From an uncultured Acidobacteriota bacterium (GTDB lineage: Bacteria; Acidobacteriota; Polarisedimenticolia; J045), in NCBI GenBank assembly GCA_963702425.1, contig CAVPCQ010000037.1, positions 256,001 through 320,000 on the forward strand: a DNA stretch of 64,000 bases, given 5' to 3'. The position numbers and the translations under genes are program-made. The notes beneath the pieces are model-generated. The model saw only the letters and a list, made by a program, of their open reading frames with translations, was not told the origin of the DNA and ran no database searches. This document shows positions 1 to 10,053 of this stretch, piece by piece. Position 1 is the stretch's first letter. Each line of letters starts with the position of its first letter.

Positions 1-328
1 GCGCAAGCTCGTCTCGCGGGCCAAGGTGAAGCTGGTCCTGGACCGGATCAAGACCGCGACCGTCGACATCCCGCAGGACTGGAAGGGCCGCTACCAGGAG
101 AACCAGGACAAGATGCGCTCCGGCGACATCGAACAGGTCGCCGAGGTGCTGAAGAACCTGACCTACCTGAATTCGATGAAGACCCTTTCGTACCGCGAGC
201 GCAAGATGCTCGATCGGGCCCGGCTGCTGGTGGTGAGTGAGCTGGCCGAGGCTAGCGGGCAGATCACCGCCCGGGTCGAGGAGCAGGTCGACGAGGCGAT
301 GTCGGACGTGCTCGCTACCAACCACTGA
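1..328 (+). CDS. carD: CarD family transcriptional regulator (5' truncated by window edge)
   Basis: Frame open from position 2. C-terminal CarD motifs WKGRYQENQDKMRSGDI..VAEV and LSYRERKMLDRAR.L.VSELA. Confidence 0.85.
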   Translation, partial: RKLVSRAKVKLVLDRIKTATVDIPQDWKGRYQENQDKMRSGDIEQVAEVLKNLTYLNSMKTLSYRERKMLDRARLLVVSELAEASGQITARVEEQVDEAMSDVLATNH

Positions 329-400
329 TCCGATGCGCCGCGCCCCGGCGTGGGCCGCGGCGCACCCGTTTCCCGCGCGCCCGCTTCCCGGTTCTTCGCA

Positions 401-2092
401 ATGGATTCCCTCGTCCTCTTCGCCCTGTTTCCGCTGATCGTCCGCCGCACCGCCGGGCGGGTCGTGGCGCGCGTCTTCCCGGTCGGGCGGCGCGGGCTGC
501 ACCTCGAGTTCGACGGCGAGGGGCCCGGGCTGCGCCTCGATACGGCGCCCGGCCGTGGCGTGGCGCTGCTGCTCCGGGACGCGCCGCCGCGGGTGCGCGG
601 CGGCCGCGGCGCTTGGCCGGACGTTGTGGCCGCCCTCGACCGCGACCTCGCAGGCCGACGAGCGGGCACGCCGCGGGTCGCGGGGGCACCTCCAGCGCTC
701 GAGTGGACCGTGCCCGGAGGGGCGCAGCTCCATCTCGTCTGCGGGCGCGAGGGGGGCGCGCTCCGGGCCGAGTCGGTCGGGGGGCCGCCGCGCACGCTGC
801 CGGAAGGGCGGCGCGAGCCGCGGCTCGACGAAACGTCCTTCCGCGACGACCTCCAACGACTCGCGGCCGACTGGCGCGCGGCGCTCCCGGGCCCCCCCGA
901 CCAGTTGGTCGCGCGCCTCGCCGGTGCGAGCGCGGAATGCGGCGCGTCGGGCGTCGAACGGCTCGTCGCGCGCGCGCGGCGGACGGTGGATGCCGGCGCC
1001 GCGCTCACCGGCATCGCCGCGCGCCTCGAAGGAGAGGACGCGCCGGCGTCGGTCTCCGGATTCGTACGCGGGCCGGAGCCGCCGCGGGCCTCGTGGCGCG
1101 GGTCGCTGCGGATCGAGCTGATCGTCGACCCGGGGGCGGGAGACGAGGAGATGGCTTGCGCGGACCTCCCGGCCGCGCTCGAACTCTGGTACCGCGCCGC
1201 CCTCGCCGCGGAGGAACTGGGCTCGCGGCGCGATGCGGCGGAGCGGCTCGCGCGGCGCGAACTCGAGAAGACGCGACGTGCGGTCCTGGCGGTGACCCGC
1301 GACGAGGCGGGCGCCCGGCCGGCAGCCGAGCTGCGGCGCCTGGCCGACGCGCTGCTCGCGGCCGGCCCGCAGGCGCGGAAGCTCCCCGCAGGTGCGTGGC
1401 AGGTGCCCGATCCCTGGGACCCGTCGCGCACGCTCGAGATCGCCGCCGAGCCGCCGGGTGCGTCACTCCACGCGGCCGCCGCGCGGCTCTACGCGCGAGC
1501 CCGCCGGGAGGAACGCGGACGCAGCGCGCGGGCGGCGCGGCGGGCCCAGCTGGAGGCCCGGGCCGGGACCCTCGAGCGCCTCCTCGCATGCGCGGCATCA
1601 GCTGACGTCGAGCCGGAGATCGCGGCGCTGGAGGAGGAGCTGCGGCGGCTCGGCGTCGCCGCCGGCCGCGAGCTGGCCGCGATCTCGGCGAGCCGCGCAC
1701 CCGGTGCGGAAGGCGGAGGGGCCCGCCTGCGGCGCTCGCCGGCCGGGTTCCTCGTGCTCGCCGGCCGCTCGGCGCGGCAGAACGACGCGTTGACCTTCCG
1801 CACCGCCGCTCCGGACGACCTGTGGTTCCACGTTCGCGGCCGCCCCGGGGCGCACGTCGTCCTGCGCACGGAGGGGAAGCCGGTTCCCGAGGCGGACCAG
1901 CTGTTCGCCGCCGGACTGGCGGCGTCGCTGAGCGGGGTTCCGCGCGGGGAGGCGGTGGAGGTCACCGTCGCCCGGCGCAAGCACCTGCGGCGTCCCCGGG
2001 GTGGAACGGAGGGGCAGGTCCTCGTCCACCGGTCCGAGACCGTCCGGGTGCGGGCCGGGGATGAGGGGCCGCCGCCTGCGGATTCTCGCTGA
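401..2092 (+). CDS. NFACT/Rqc2 (FbpA/RqcH-like) protein with C-terminal NFACT-R (DUF814) domain; divergent N-terminus
   Basis: GRSARQNDALTFRTAAPDDLWFHVRGRPGAHVVL is the NFACT-R signature; central coiled coil; ATG at 401 (MDSLVLFAL). Confidence 0.8.
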   Translation: MDSLVLFALFPLIVRRTAGRVVARVFPVGRRGLHLEFDGEGPGLRLDTAPGRGVALLLRDAPPRVRGGRGAWPDVVAALDRDLAGRRAGTPRVAGAPPALEWTVPGGAQLHLVCGREGGALRAESVGGPPRTLPEGRREPRLDETSFRDDLQRLAADWRAALPGPPDQLVARLAGASAECGASGVERLVARARRTVDAGAALTGIAARLEGEDAPASVSGFVRGPEPPRASWRGSLRIELIVDPGAGDEEMACADLPAALELWYRAALAAEELGSRRDAAERLARRELEKTRRAVLAVTRDEAGARPAAELRRLADALLAAGPQARKLPAGAWQVPDPWDPSRTLEIAAEPPGASLHAAAARLYARARREERGRSARAARRAQLEARAGTLERLLACAASADVEPEIAALEEELRRLGVAAGRELAAISASRAPGAEGGGARLRRSPAGFLVLAGRSARQNDALTFRTAAPDDLWFHVRGRPGAHVVLRTEGKPVPEADQLFAAGLAASLSGVPRGEAVEVTVARRKHLRRPRGGTEGQVLVHRSETVRVRAGDEGPPPADSR

Positions 2093-2166
2093 TCCCCGCC
2101 GGATCACGGAAATCGGACATTCGATCGCGCGGAGGCGGGCGCGGATCGGCGGGAACAGCCTCCTGA

Positions 2167-2195
2167 TTGACCTTTCCGGAGCGGCAAACTATCGT
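2167..2195 (+). promoter_or_regulatory. Putative sigma70 promoter for the flippase-nrdR-hsp20-lon operon
   Basis: TTGACC (2167-2172), 17 nt spacer, TATCGT (2190-2195). Confidence 0.55.
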
Positions 2196-2252
2196 CCCCG
2201 CGAGGCGGATCGGACGGTGGCGAACCGCCGTGCGCGAACCGCTGGAGACGCC

Positions 2253-3296
2253 GTGCTGCGCAAGGTCCTCACCTGGTCGTCGGGCCCGATCCTCGCCGCC
2301 TTCTTTCTCTGGCTGGCGTTTCGAGGCGTCAGCCTGGCGCAGCTCGGATCCCACCTGAAAGAGGCCTCCTGGCCGCTCGTCGGCCTGACGATGCTCCTCG
2401 TCCTGGGCCATCTCGCGCTCCGCTCGCTGCGCTGGCGCACCCTGCTCGACCCGGTGCGCCCCCGCCTGCCGTTCGACGCGCTGATGTCCGCGACGACCGT
2501 CGGCTACATGGCCTCGCTGCTCCCGGGCCGCGTCGGCGAGGTGCTGCGCCCGATCCTGCTCTCGCGGCGCACCGGCACGCCGCTCGCGCCCGCGATCGCG
2601 ACCGTCGGCGTCGAGCGCGTCGTCCTCGACGTGCTCGGGATTCTCGGCTGCGGCGGGCTCGCGCTCGTGCTCCCGTCGCGCCTCACCGCGATCGGCACCG
2701 GAGCCGACCCGGCGCTGCTGGCGACGCTGCGCGTCTGGGGGGCCGCGCTGTTCGTCTTCGCGATCGCGGGCCTCGTCATCGCCTCGCTCGTGGCGCGTCA
2801 CCGCGAGCGGGTCACGCGGTGGATCGACGACTTCTCCGCCCGGACCCGGTCGGGCCTGCCGCGGAAAGCGCTGGGCCTGTTCGCCAGCCTGCTGCCCGGG
2901 CTGGACTCCTTCGCCACGCTGCGCGGCGTCTTGCTCCTGGTCGCCGAGACCGCGGCCGTCTGGGGCCTCATCGCGGTCGGCAACTGGTGCGGAATGCGCG
3001 CCGCGGGGATCGACATCCCGCTCTTCGGGGCGATGGTCCTGATCCCGATCCTCGCGGTCGGGATCGGAATTCCTACCCCGGGCGGGACGGGGACCTTCCA
3101 CTTCGCGATGAAGCTCGGCCTGACCCAGATCTTCGGCGTGTCGGCCGACGCCGCGCTCGGCGCGGCGCTGCTGGTCCACGCGATGACGTGGCTCCCGGTG
3201 CTCGCCGCGGGGGCGCTCTACGTCGCGCGCGGCGCGCTGCGCCGTCCCGAGGCGGAATCGGAGTCCGCCCTCCCGGCGACGGAGGCCGCGCCGTGA
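2253..3296 (+). CDS. Lysylphosphatidylglycerol synthase TM / flippase-like membrane protein (UPF0104)
   Basis: Multiple TM segments, RSLRWRTLL, LLPGRVGEVLRP, PTPGGTGTFH. GTG start with GGAG upstream. Confidence 0.8.
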   Translation: MLRKVLTWSSGPILAAFFLWLAFRGVSLAQLGSHLKEASWPLVGLTMLLVLGHLALRSLRWRTLLDPVRPRLPFDALMSATTVGYMASLLPGRVGEVLRPILLSRRTGTPLAPAIATVGVERVVLDVLGILGCGGLALVLPSRLTAIGTGADPALLATLRVWGAALFVFAIAGLVIASLVARHRERVTRWIDDFSARTRSGLPRKALGLFASLLPGLDSFATLRGVLLLVAETAAVWGLIAVGNWCGMRAAGIDIPLFGAMVLIPILAVGIGIPTPGGTGTFHFAMKLGLTQIFGVSADAALGAALLVHAMTWLPVLAAGALYVARGALRRPEAESESALPATEAAP

Positions 3297-3772
3297 AGTG
3301 CCCCTACTGCGGCGAGGTGAACGACCGCGTGATCGATTCGCGCGAGGGTCAGGGCGGGGACTTCATCCGCCGCCGGCGCGAGTGCCTGGTCTGCCACCGT
3401 CGCTTCACTTCCTACGAGCGGATCGAAGAGGCGCCGGCGATGGTGGTCAAGAAGGACGGCCGTCGCGAGCTGTTCGACCGGCGCAAGCTGATGGACGGCC
3501 TGGTCAAGGCATGCAGCAAGCGCCCGGTCAGCCCCCGGGCGCTGGAGGAGATCGTGGACGAGATCTCGGCGATGGTCGCCGAATCGCCCGACCGCGAGAT
3601 GCCGACCGAGGCGATCGGCCGGCGCGTGATGGACGGGCTCCGCGAGCTCGACAAGGTGGCCTACGTGCGGTTCGCGTCGGTCTACCGCCGCTTCGAGGAC
3701 GTCGAGGAGTTCCTCGACGAGCTGCGCAGCCTCGTCGGTCCCGGCGGAGCGCGGAACAGGGAGGGTCGATGA
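3293..3772 (+). CDS. nrdR: Transcriptional repressor NrdR
   Basis: KCPYCG..DRVIDSR..IRRRRECLVC..RFTSYE zinc ribbon, ATP cone, VAYVRFASVYR. Confidence 0.97.
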   Translation: MKCPYCGEVNDRVIDSREGQGGDFIRRRRECLVCHRRFTSYERIEEAPAMVVKKDGRRELFDRRKLMDGLVKACSKRPVSPRALEEIVDEISAMVAESPDREMPTEAIGRRVMDGLRELDKVAYVRFASVYRRFEDVEEFLDELRSLVGPGGARNREGR

Positions 3773-4221
3773 TCGGGAAGGGGACTGGCGCCCAGCTCGA
3801 GGTAGCGCGGATCCAGAGCGAGATCAACCGGATGTTCGAGTCCCTGCTCCGGCTCCGCAGCGGCGGGACCGAGGAGGGGACCTGGACGCCGGCGGTGGAC
3901 ATGATGGAGTCGCCCTCCCATCTCGTGATCGAGGCCGAGGTGCCGGGCGTCGACCCGGCCTCGGTCGAGGTCGTCGCCGAGGGGGGCAGCCTGGTGCTGA
4001 CCGGCGAGCGCCGCCTGTCGAGCGCGCGGGCGGACGACGGTGCCGAGGTCCTGCACGACGAGCGCGAGTACGGCCGCTTCCTGGTCGCGGTGCCGCTGGC
4101 GACGGCGGTCAACACGCACGAAGCCCGGGCCACGCTGGCCCAGGGCCTGCTGCGGATCGAGATGCCGAAGGTGCCGAATCGCCGCGGCCAGGCGCGACGG
4201 ATCGCGGTCGACGTGGCCTGA
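3769..4221 (+). CDS. Hsp20/alpha-crystallin small heat-shock protein
   Basis: WTPAVD..E, AEVPGV, EREYGRF, GLLRIEMPK. ATGA overlap with nrdR. Confidence 0.9.
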   Translation: MIGKGTGAQLEVARIQSEINRMFESLLRLRSGGTEEGTWTPAVDMMESPSHLVIEAEVPGVDPASVEVVAEGGSLVLTGERRLSSARADDGAEVLHDEREYGRFLVAVPLATAVNTHEARATLAQGLLRIEMPKVPNRRGQARRIAVDVA

Positions 4222-4242
4222 CGGGGCCGGGCGAGGGGGCGC

Positions 4243-6810
4243 TTGACGATGGTCGTCGATCAGTCGAAGGAGCCGGTCCGGATCCCGGGGCAGTTGCCGG
4301 TGCTGCCGTTGCGCGACATGGTCGTCTACCCGTTCATCATCGCGCCGCTCTCGATCGCGCGGCGCTCGTCGATCCGCGCGGTGGACAAGGCGCTGGCCGA
4401 AAACCGCATGGTCCTGCTGCTGACGCAGCGCGACCGCGACGAGGACAACCCGGGCGTCGGCGACCTCTACCCGGTCGGCACGGTCGCGGTCATCATGCGG
4501 ATGCTCAAGCTGCCGGATGAGCGGATCCGCGTGCTGGTCCAGGGGGTCTGCCGCGCGAAGGTCAAGGCGCTCGACGGCGGTGTCCCGTACCTCGTGGCTC
4601 AGGTCGAGCCGCTGCTCGAGGCGCCCCGCGTGCCGGACGAGAACGAGGACTCGCTCGAGTGCGAAGCGCTGATGCGAACCGTCAAGAAGGCGCTCGAGCG
4701 CGGCGTGAACCTCGGCAAGAACCTCCCCTCGGAAGTGCAGGTCATCGCCTCCAACCTCGAGGACCCGGGACGGCTGGCCGACCTGGTGGCGAGCAACCTC
4801 GAGCTCGAGGCGCCCGCCGCGCAGAGCGTGCTGGAGCTGGTCGACCCGGTGGAGCGGCTGCGGCTGGTGGCGCAGCAGCTCAAGCGCGAGCTCGACCTGC
4901 TGTCGATGCAGCACGAGATCGACTCGCTGGCCCGCGACGAGATCGACCGCAGCCAGCGCGAGTACTACCTGCGCCAGCAGATGAAGGCGATCCGGAGCGA
5001 GCTGGGCGAGGGCTCCGAGACCGAGGAGGAGATCGAGGAGATCCGCGAGAAGATCAAGGGGCGCGAGCTCCCGGAGCCCGTGCGCGAGGAGATCGAGCGC
5101 GAGCTGCGACGGCTCGAGCGGATGCACCCCGACGCGGCCGAGACGGCGACCATCCGGCATCACCTCGAGTGGCTGGTCGAGCTGCCGTGGGATGTCGCGA
5201 CCGAGGACGCGATCGACCTCAAGGAAGCGCAGCGGGTGCTCGACGCCGACCACTACGGCCTCGATCCGGTCAAGGAGCGGATCGTCGAGTACCTCGCGGT
5301 GCGCAAGCTCAAGCCCGAGCACAAGGGGCCGATCTTGTGCTTCGTCGGGCCCCCGGGCGTCGGCAAGACCTCGCTGGGTCGGTCGATCGCGCGGGCCGTC
5401 GGCCGGAAGTTCGTGCGCGTCTCGCTCGGCGGCGTGCGCGACGAGGCGGAGATCCGCGGCCATCGAAGGACCTACATCGGCTCGATGCCGGGGCGGATCG
5501 TGCAGTCGATCCGGCAGGCCGGCTCGCGCAACCCGGTGATGATGCTCGACGAGGTCGACAAGCTGGCCAACGACTTCCGCGGCGACCCCCAGGCGGCACT
5601 GCTCGAGGTGCTCGATCCGGAGCAGAACAACGGCTTCCGCGACCACTACCTCGGGATCCCGTTCGACCTCTCGCAGGTGCTGTTCATCGCCACCGCGAAC
5701 CTGATGGACACGATCCACCCCGCCTTCCGCGACCGGATGGAAGTGATCCGGATCCCGGGCTACACGGAGGAGGAGAAGCTCGAGATCGCGCGCCGCCACC
5801 TGATCCCCAAGCAGCTCGGTGAGAACGGCCTGGGCGACACCGAGATGAGCTTCTCGGACGGTGCGCTGCGCGAGCTGATCGCGCGCTACACGCGCGAGGC
5901 GGGGCTGCGCAACCTCGAGCGCCGGATCGCCGCGATCTGCCGCAAGGCGGCGCGCAAGGTCGCCGAGGGCGGCAAGGCACCGTCGCGCGTCGCGGCCTCG
6001 TCGATCGAGGTCTATCTCGGCCCGCCGCCGCCCCAGGCCGAGGAGAAGCTCGAGGGCTCGCTGACCGGCGTTGCGACCGGCCTGGCCTGGACCGCCGCCG
6101 GCGGCGACGTGCTCTACGTCGAGGCGATCAAGATGCGCGGGAAGGGGCGGCTGACCCTGACCGGCCAGCTCGGCGGTGTGATGAAGGAGTCGGCGCAGGC
6201 CGCGCTCTCCTGGGCCCGCAGCCACGCTGCCGCGATCGGAATCCCCGAATCGGCCTTCAGCGAGTTCGACCTGCACGTCCACGTGCCGGAGGGGGCGATC
6301 CCCAAGGACGGGCCGTCGGCCGGGATCACGATCGGCACCGCGATGGTGTCGGTCCTCTCCGAGCGCCCCGTGCGCCGCGACGTCGCGATGACGGGCGAGA
6401 TCACGCTGCGCGGCCGGGTGCTGCCGATCGGCGGCCTGAAGGAGAAGGTCCTCGCCGCGCGCCGTGCGGGTGCACGGGAAGTGATCCTGCCGAAGGCCAA
6501 CGAGAAGGAACTGAGCGAGCTGCCCAAGGGGGTCGCCGAGGAACTGCGCTTCCACGCGGTCGAGGGGATGGAGGAGGTGCTGCCGCTCGTGCTGGCGCAG
6601 GCGCCCCCGGAGCCGCCGCCGGCCGCGGCGTCCGCGCTGCCTGCGGGGACGACGGTCGCCATCGGTGACGGGAGCGACGAGACGGACGAAGCGCCGGTCA
6701 ACGAGGAGGTCGAGGCGCGGGGGCGGTCGAGAGCGCCCTCCCGAGCTTCCGGCACAGGCGGCCCAGTTCCACCTGCTCGCCGGTGCGGAGCGCGCCCATC
6801 GCGTCCGTGA
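4243..6810 (+). CDS. lon: ATP-dependent Lon protease (start 4243 TTG or 4249 ATG)
   Basis: LPVLPLRD N-domain, Walker [18 protein letters not shown] catalytic Ser, GGLKEK catalytic Lys. Confidence 0.97.
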   Translation: MTMVVDQSKEPVRIPGQLPVLPLRDMVVYPFIIAPLSIARRSSIRAVDKALAENRMVLLLTQRDRDEDNPGVGDLYPVGTVAVIMRMLKLPDERIRVLVQGVCRAKVKALDGGVPYLVAQVEPLLEAPRVPDENEDSLECEALMRTVKKALERGVNLGKNLPSEVQVIASNLEDPGRLADLVASNLELEAPAAQSVLELVDPVERLRLVAQQLKRELDLLSMQHEIDSLARDEIDRSQREYYLRQQMKAIRSELGEGSETEEEIEEIREKIKGRELPEPVREEIERELRRLERMHPDAAETATIRHHLEWLVELPWDVATEDAIDLKEAQRVLDADHYGLDPVKERIVEYLAVRKLKPEHKGPILCFVGPPGVGKTSLGRSIARAVGRKFVRVSLGGVRDEAEIRGHRRTYIGSMPGRIVQSIRQAGSRNPVMMLDEVDKLANDFRGDPQAALLEVLDPEQNNGFRDHYLGIPFDLSQVLFIATANLMDTIHPAFRDRMEVIRIPGYTEEEKLEIARRHLIPKQLGENGLGDTEMSFSDGALRELIARYTREAGLRNLERRIAAICRKAARKVAEGGKAPSRVAASSIEVYLGPPPPQAEEKLEGSLTGVATGLAWTAAGGDVLYVEAIKMRGKGRLTLTGQLGGVMKESAQAALSWARSHAAAIGIPESAFSEFDLHVHVPEGAIPKDGPSAGITIGTAMVSVLSERPVRRDVAMTGEITLRGRVLPIGGLKEKVLAARRAGAREVILPKANEKELSELPKGVAEELRFHAVEGMEEVLPLVLAQAPPEPPPAAASALPAGTTVAIGDGSDETDEAPVNEEVEARGRSRAPSRASGTGGPVPPARRCGARPSRP

Positions 6811-7174
6811 TCCGCTTCGCGTGGGACGGAAAGACCCGCGCGATCAGCTTCCGGCCGGCCGCCGTCAGGTAGACCGTCACGAAGCGGCGATCGGTCGCCT
6901 CACGGACCCGCTCGACGAGCCCGCGCTTCTCGAGGTTGTCCACCACGAGCGTGATGTTCCCCCCCGAAGTGAGCAGCTTGTCGCCGATCTCGCGCTGACA
7001 CAGGGGCCCCTTGTGGTAGAGCACCTCGAGCACGCCGAACTGCGTCTCGGTCAGCTCGTGCTCGAGGAGCCGCGGAACGAGCCGGGCGCGCAACGTGTTC
7101 GTTGCGCGCAACAGCTTGACGAAGGTGTCGAGCGCGCGCGTCTCGGCGGCGCTCACCGCCTGCCTGGTGACCAC
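6698..7174 (-). CDS. MarR family transcriptional regulator (MhqR-like)
   Basis: [39 protein letters not shown] winged helix. GTG at 7174 with GGGAGG upstream. Confidence 0.9.
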   Translation of the reverse strand: MVTRQAVSAAETRALDTFVKLLRATNTLRARLVPRLLEHELTETQFGVLEVLYHKGPLCQREIGDKLLTSGGNITLVVDNLEKRGLVERVREATDRRFVTVYLTAAGRKLIARVFPSHAKRITDAMGALRTGEQVELGRLCRKLGRALSTAPAPRPPR

Positions 7175-7221
7175 GTCCGGACCCTCCCCGGAGGACGCCC
7201 GCGTCGTTCCGGTCCGCAAGA

Positions 7222-7238
7222 TTCCACGTTGAACGATA
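7222..7238 (-). promoter_or_regulatory. Extended -10 element and putative MarR auto-operator
   Basis: Minus strand reads TGaTATCGT, followed directly by the near-palindrome TTCAACGTGGAA (7222-7233). Confidence 0.45.
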
Positions 7239-7290
7239 TCATTCCGAACGACCTGGGCGCGGGCAGGATGCGCGCGTGCCCGTTCCCGGA

Positions 7291-9924
7291 CTACCGCACC
7301 AGGCCCTCGACGGCGAAGAGGGTCGAGGGGTTCGAGGCATGGCTGTAACAGAAGGTCTTGCCGTCCGGCGTCAGGTGGATGATCGCGGCGTCCCCCCCGC
7401 CGACGAGCGAGTCCGCATCCTTCCGAGTGGAGACGACCTTCGAGGCCCCGGAGACGAGGTCGAAGCTCAGCAGCTCGAGCCGGTCCTCGTTCCTCCGGCC
7501 GACCAGCAGGGACTTCCCGTCGGGGACGAAAGCCAGCGGGAGCCCCTTCTCCGATCCGGCCAGCCGGCGCGGCGCGCCGTTGTCGAGCGGGAAGACCGAC
7601 ACGCCCCCGTCGGGGTCTCGCGCCGCGACCGAGCCTCCGTCGGGGCTCACCAGGACCTTCGCCAGCCCGCCGCCCAGCGAACCTTCGGCCGTGACCGGCA
7701 CCGCCGTTCCGCCGGCGAGCGGGACGCGCCACAGGCGCACCGCCTCGCCGGTGCGGTTCCCCGAGAGCAGCAGGGCCTGCCCGTCCGGGTACCAGTGAAC
7801 CTCGCCGATCGACGCCAGGCCCTGGACCGGCAGCGTGCGCGCCGGACCGACGCCGGTCGGCAGCAGGGCCACCCGCGGCTCGCCGCCGAGGAGGACCGAG
7901 GCGACCAGCCTGCCGTCGGGCGAGAGACTGCTGCCCGCGCCCTCGCCGAGGCGCACAGCCGGGCCGCCGTCGGTCGGCTTGAGATAGACCGAATAGCCCG
8001 GCCCGCCGCCTTCGCCACTCTCCACGATCACGGCCTGCTTGCCGTCGGCCGAGAGGTCCGTGATCAGCGAAAGGTCGAGCACCGAGATGTCCTTCGGCCG
8101 CTCGTCCCCCTCGACCAGGCAGGCCGCGCGCATCCGCCTTTCGGTCGTGGCGAGCAGGACGCGCCCGTCGCGGCCGATGTCCTCGAGCCGCAGCGACTGC
8201 GGCGCGGCGTACATCCGCTCCGGCTCGTCGTCCTTCCCGAGCCCGACGCGGTAGAGTGCGGCCATTCCGCCCATCCGGGTGCCCGAGAACCAGACAGCAT
8301 CCCCCGCCGGGTCGAAGGCGAGCCCCGTGAGGCTTGCCCAGCTGTCCGAGAGGACCCGCTTCTTTCCGTCCCTCGCCACCAGCGCGACCGCGCCTCGGTC
8401 GTCGCCGCGGATCGGGTGGTCGAGGAAGGCGACGCCAGTTCCGTCCGGCGCGACGCGGAGGCTGCTGATCAGTCCCGCCGTCTCGTAGAGCAGCGTGCCG
8501 AGCGGGTACTCGAGCCGGACCTTCCCGTCGGCGATCCGCAGTGCGGCGATCTCACGCCCCTCGGGGCCCCAGTCGGCCTCGTACACGGAGTCCGCAACCG
8601 GGCGCGGGGCGCCGCCGCCGAGCGGCATGCGCGCGATCACGGCGCCGCCGTCCCCGTCGCCGTCCTTGGCGTTGGCCTGGAAGAGGAGGAGTTCGTCGGT
8701 GGCGGGGGAGAGGGCCGCGATCCCGGTCTTGGGCATCCCCAGCGAGCGCGACTCGGGGCTGTCGTCGCGCACCGTGTAGACCTGGTTGGGCTCGCCGCCG
8801 AAGGTCCCGCCGTAGACCACGGTGTGGCCGTCCCGCGCGAAACGCGCGTTGCCGACGAACCCGCTGCGATAGGTGAGCTGGTGGAACGCCGGCACCCCCG
8901 GCTGCGGCGCGCGCTGATCGCCGACCAGGCACATCCCCAGCGGGATCCCGGCCGCGACCAGCAGCGCGATCCGTCCCCAGCGCCTCCAGCGCGGCACCGC
9001 TGCGGGCGCGCCCGCGCTCGCAGCCGGCGGCTCGATCCCCGACACGACCGTCGTTCCGGAGGTTCCGCTGATCGCTTCGAGAGCGAACGCGAGGTCGCGC
9101 GCCGACTGGAACCGCTCGTCGGGTCGTTTCTCGAGGCAGCGGCGCACGATCCGGTCGAGAGCGGGGGAAGCCGCCGGGGCCGAGATCGACAGTTCGGGGG
9201 GCTCCTCCCGAATGATCGCCGAGAGCGTTTCGACCGGGCTGCTGCCCTTGAAGGCGCGCCGACCGGCGACCATCTCGTAAAGGATCGCGCCGAGCGAGAA
9301 GATGTCGGAGCGGCCGTCGGCCGGCAGGCCACGCGCCTGCTCGGGCGACATGTACCCTACGGTGCCGAGGATCCAGCCCGGCGTCGTCGCGTCCGGAACG
9401 CGGGTCGGCGCCTCGGAGGTTCCTTCCTCCAGCGCGGCGGCCTGAACCAGCTTGGCCAGCCCGAAGTCGAGGATCTTGACGTGGCCGGTGCGGGTCAGGA
9501 AGAGGTTGTCGGGCTTGAGATCGCGGTGAACGATCCCCTTCTCGTGCGCCGCCGCGAGCCCCTGTGCCACGAGCAGCGCGGTGTCGGTGGCGCGGCGCGG
9601 CCCGAGCGGTCCCTCGTCCAGCCGGTCCCGCAGCGACAGCCCCTCCAGCAGCTCGGTCACGATGTATGGCGTTTCGATCTCGGTGCCGATGTCGTAGACG
9701 GTCAGGATCGACGGGTGGTTGAGCGACCCGGCCGCGCGGGCTTCCTGCAGGAAGCGCCGCATCCGTTCCGGATCCCGGGCGAACGAGGCCGGCAGGACCT
9801 TGATCGCGACCTCACGACCGAGCCGCGGGTCCCGCGCCTTGTAGACCTCTCCCATGCCGCCGGCGCCGAGCGTGCTCAACACCTCGTACGGTCCGATCTG
9901 CTGCCCCGAGCTGAAAGCCGTCAT
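7291..9924 (-). CDS. Hanks-type Ser/Thr protein kinase with TM segment and C-terminal TolB/WD40-like beta-propeller
   Basis: GAGGMGEVY, VAIKVL, HRDLKPDN, DFGLAK, GTVGYMSPEQ, repeated SPDG motifs. Confidence 0.93.
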   Translation of the reverse strand: MTAFSSGQQIGPYEVLSTLGAGGMGEVYKARDPRLGREVAIKVLPASFARDPERMRRFLQEARAAGSLNHPSILTVYDIGTEIETPYIVTELLEGLSLRDRLDEGPLGPRRATDTALLVAQGLAAAHEKGIVHRDLKPDNLFLTRTGHVKILDFGLAKLVQAAALEEGTSEAPTRVPDATTPGWILGTVGYMSPEQARGLPADGRSDIFSLGAILYEMVAGRRAFKGSSPVETLSAIIREEPPELSISAPAASPALDRIVRRCLEKRPDERFQSARDLAFALEAISGTSGTTVVSGIEPPAASAGAPAAVPRWRRWGRIALLVAAGIPLGMCLVGDQRAPQPGVPAFHQLTYRSGFVGNARFARDGHTVVYGGTFGGEPNQVYTVRDDSPESRSLGMPKTGIAALSPATDELLLFQANAKDGDGDGGAVIARMPLGGGAPRPVADSVYEADWGPEGREIAALRIADGKVRLEYPLGTLLYETAGLISSLRVAPDGTGVAFLDHPIRGDDRGAVALVARDGKKRVLSDSWASLTGLAFDPAGDAVWFSGTRMGGMAALYRVGLGKDDEPERMYAAPQSLRLEDIGRDGRVLLATTERRMRAACLVEGDERPKDISVLDLSLITDLSADGKQAVIVESGEGGGPGYSVYLKPTDGGPAVRLGEGAGSSLSPDGRLVASVLLGGEPRVALLPTGVGPARTLPVQGLASIGEVHWYPDGQALLLSGNRTGEAVRLWRVPLAGGTAVPVTAEGSLGGGLAKVLVSPDGGSVAARDPDGGVSVFPLDNGAPRRLAGSEKGLPLAFVPDGKSLLVGRRNEDRLELLSFDLVSGASKVVSTRKDADSLVGGGDAAIIHLTPDGKTFCYSHASNPSTLFAVEGLVR

Positions 9925-10053
9925 GGAGCCGGATGATACCGGAGGTCGGGCAGGTCGGCGGCGAGCGCCGGTCGGCCCGCGACGAGTGGTTGACCCCGGT
10001 CGACGAACGACGTCCGCGGGTGCGGTGCGGGCCGGGTCGGGGCTGGCGGTCGG

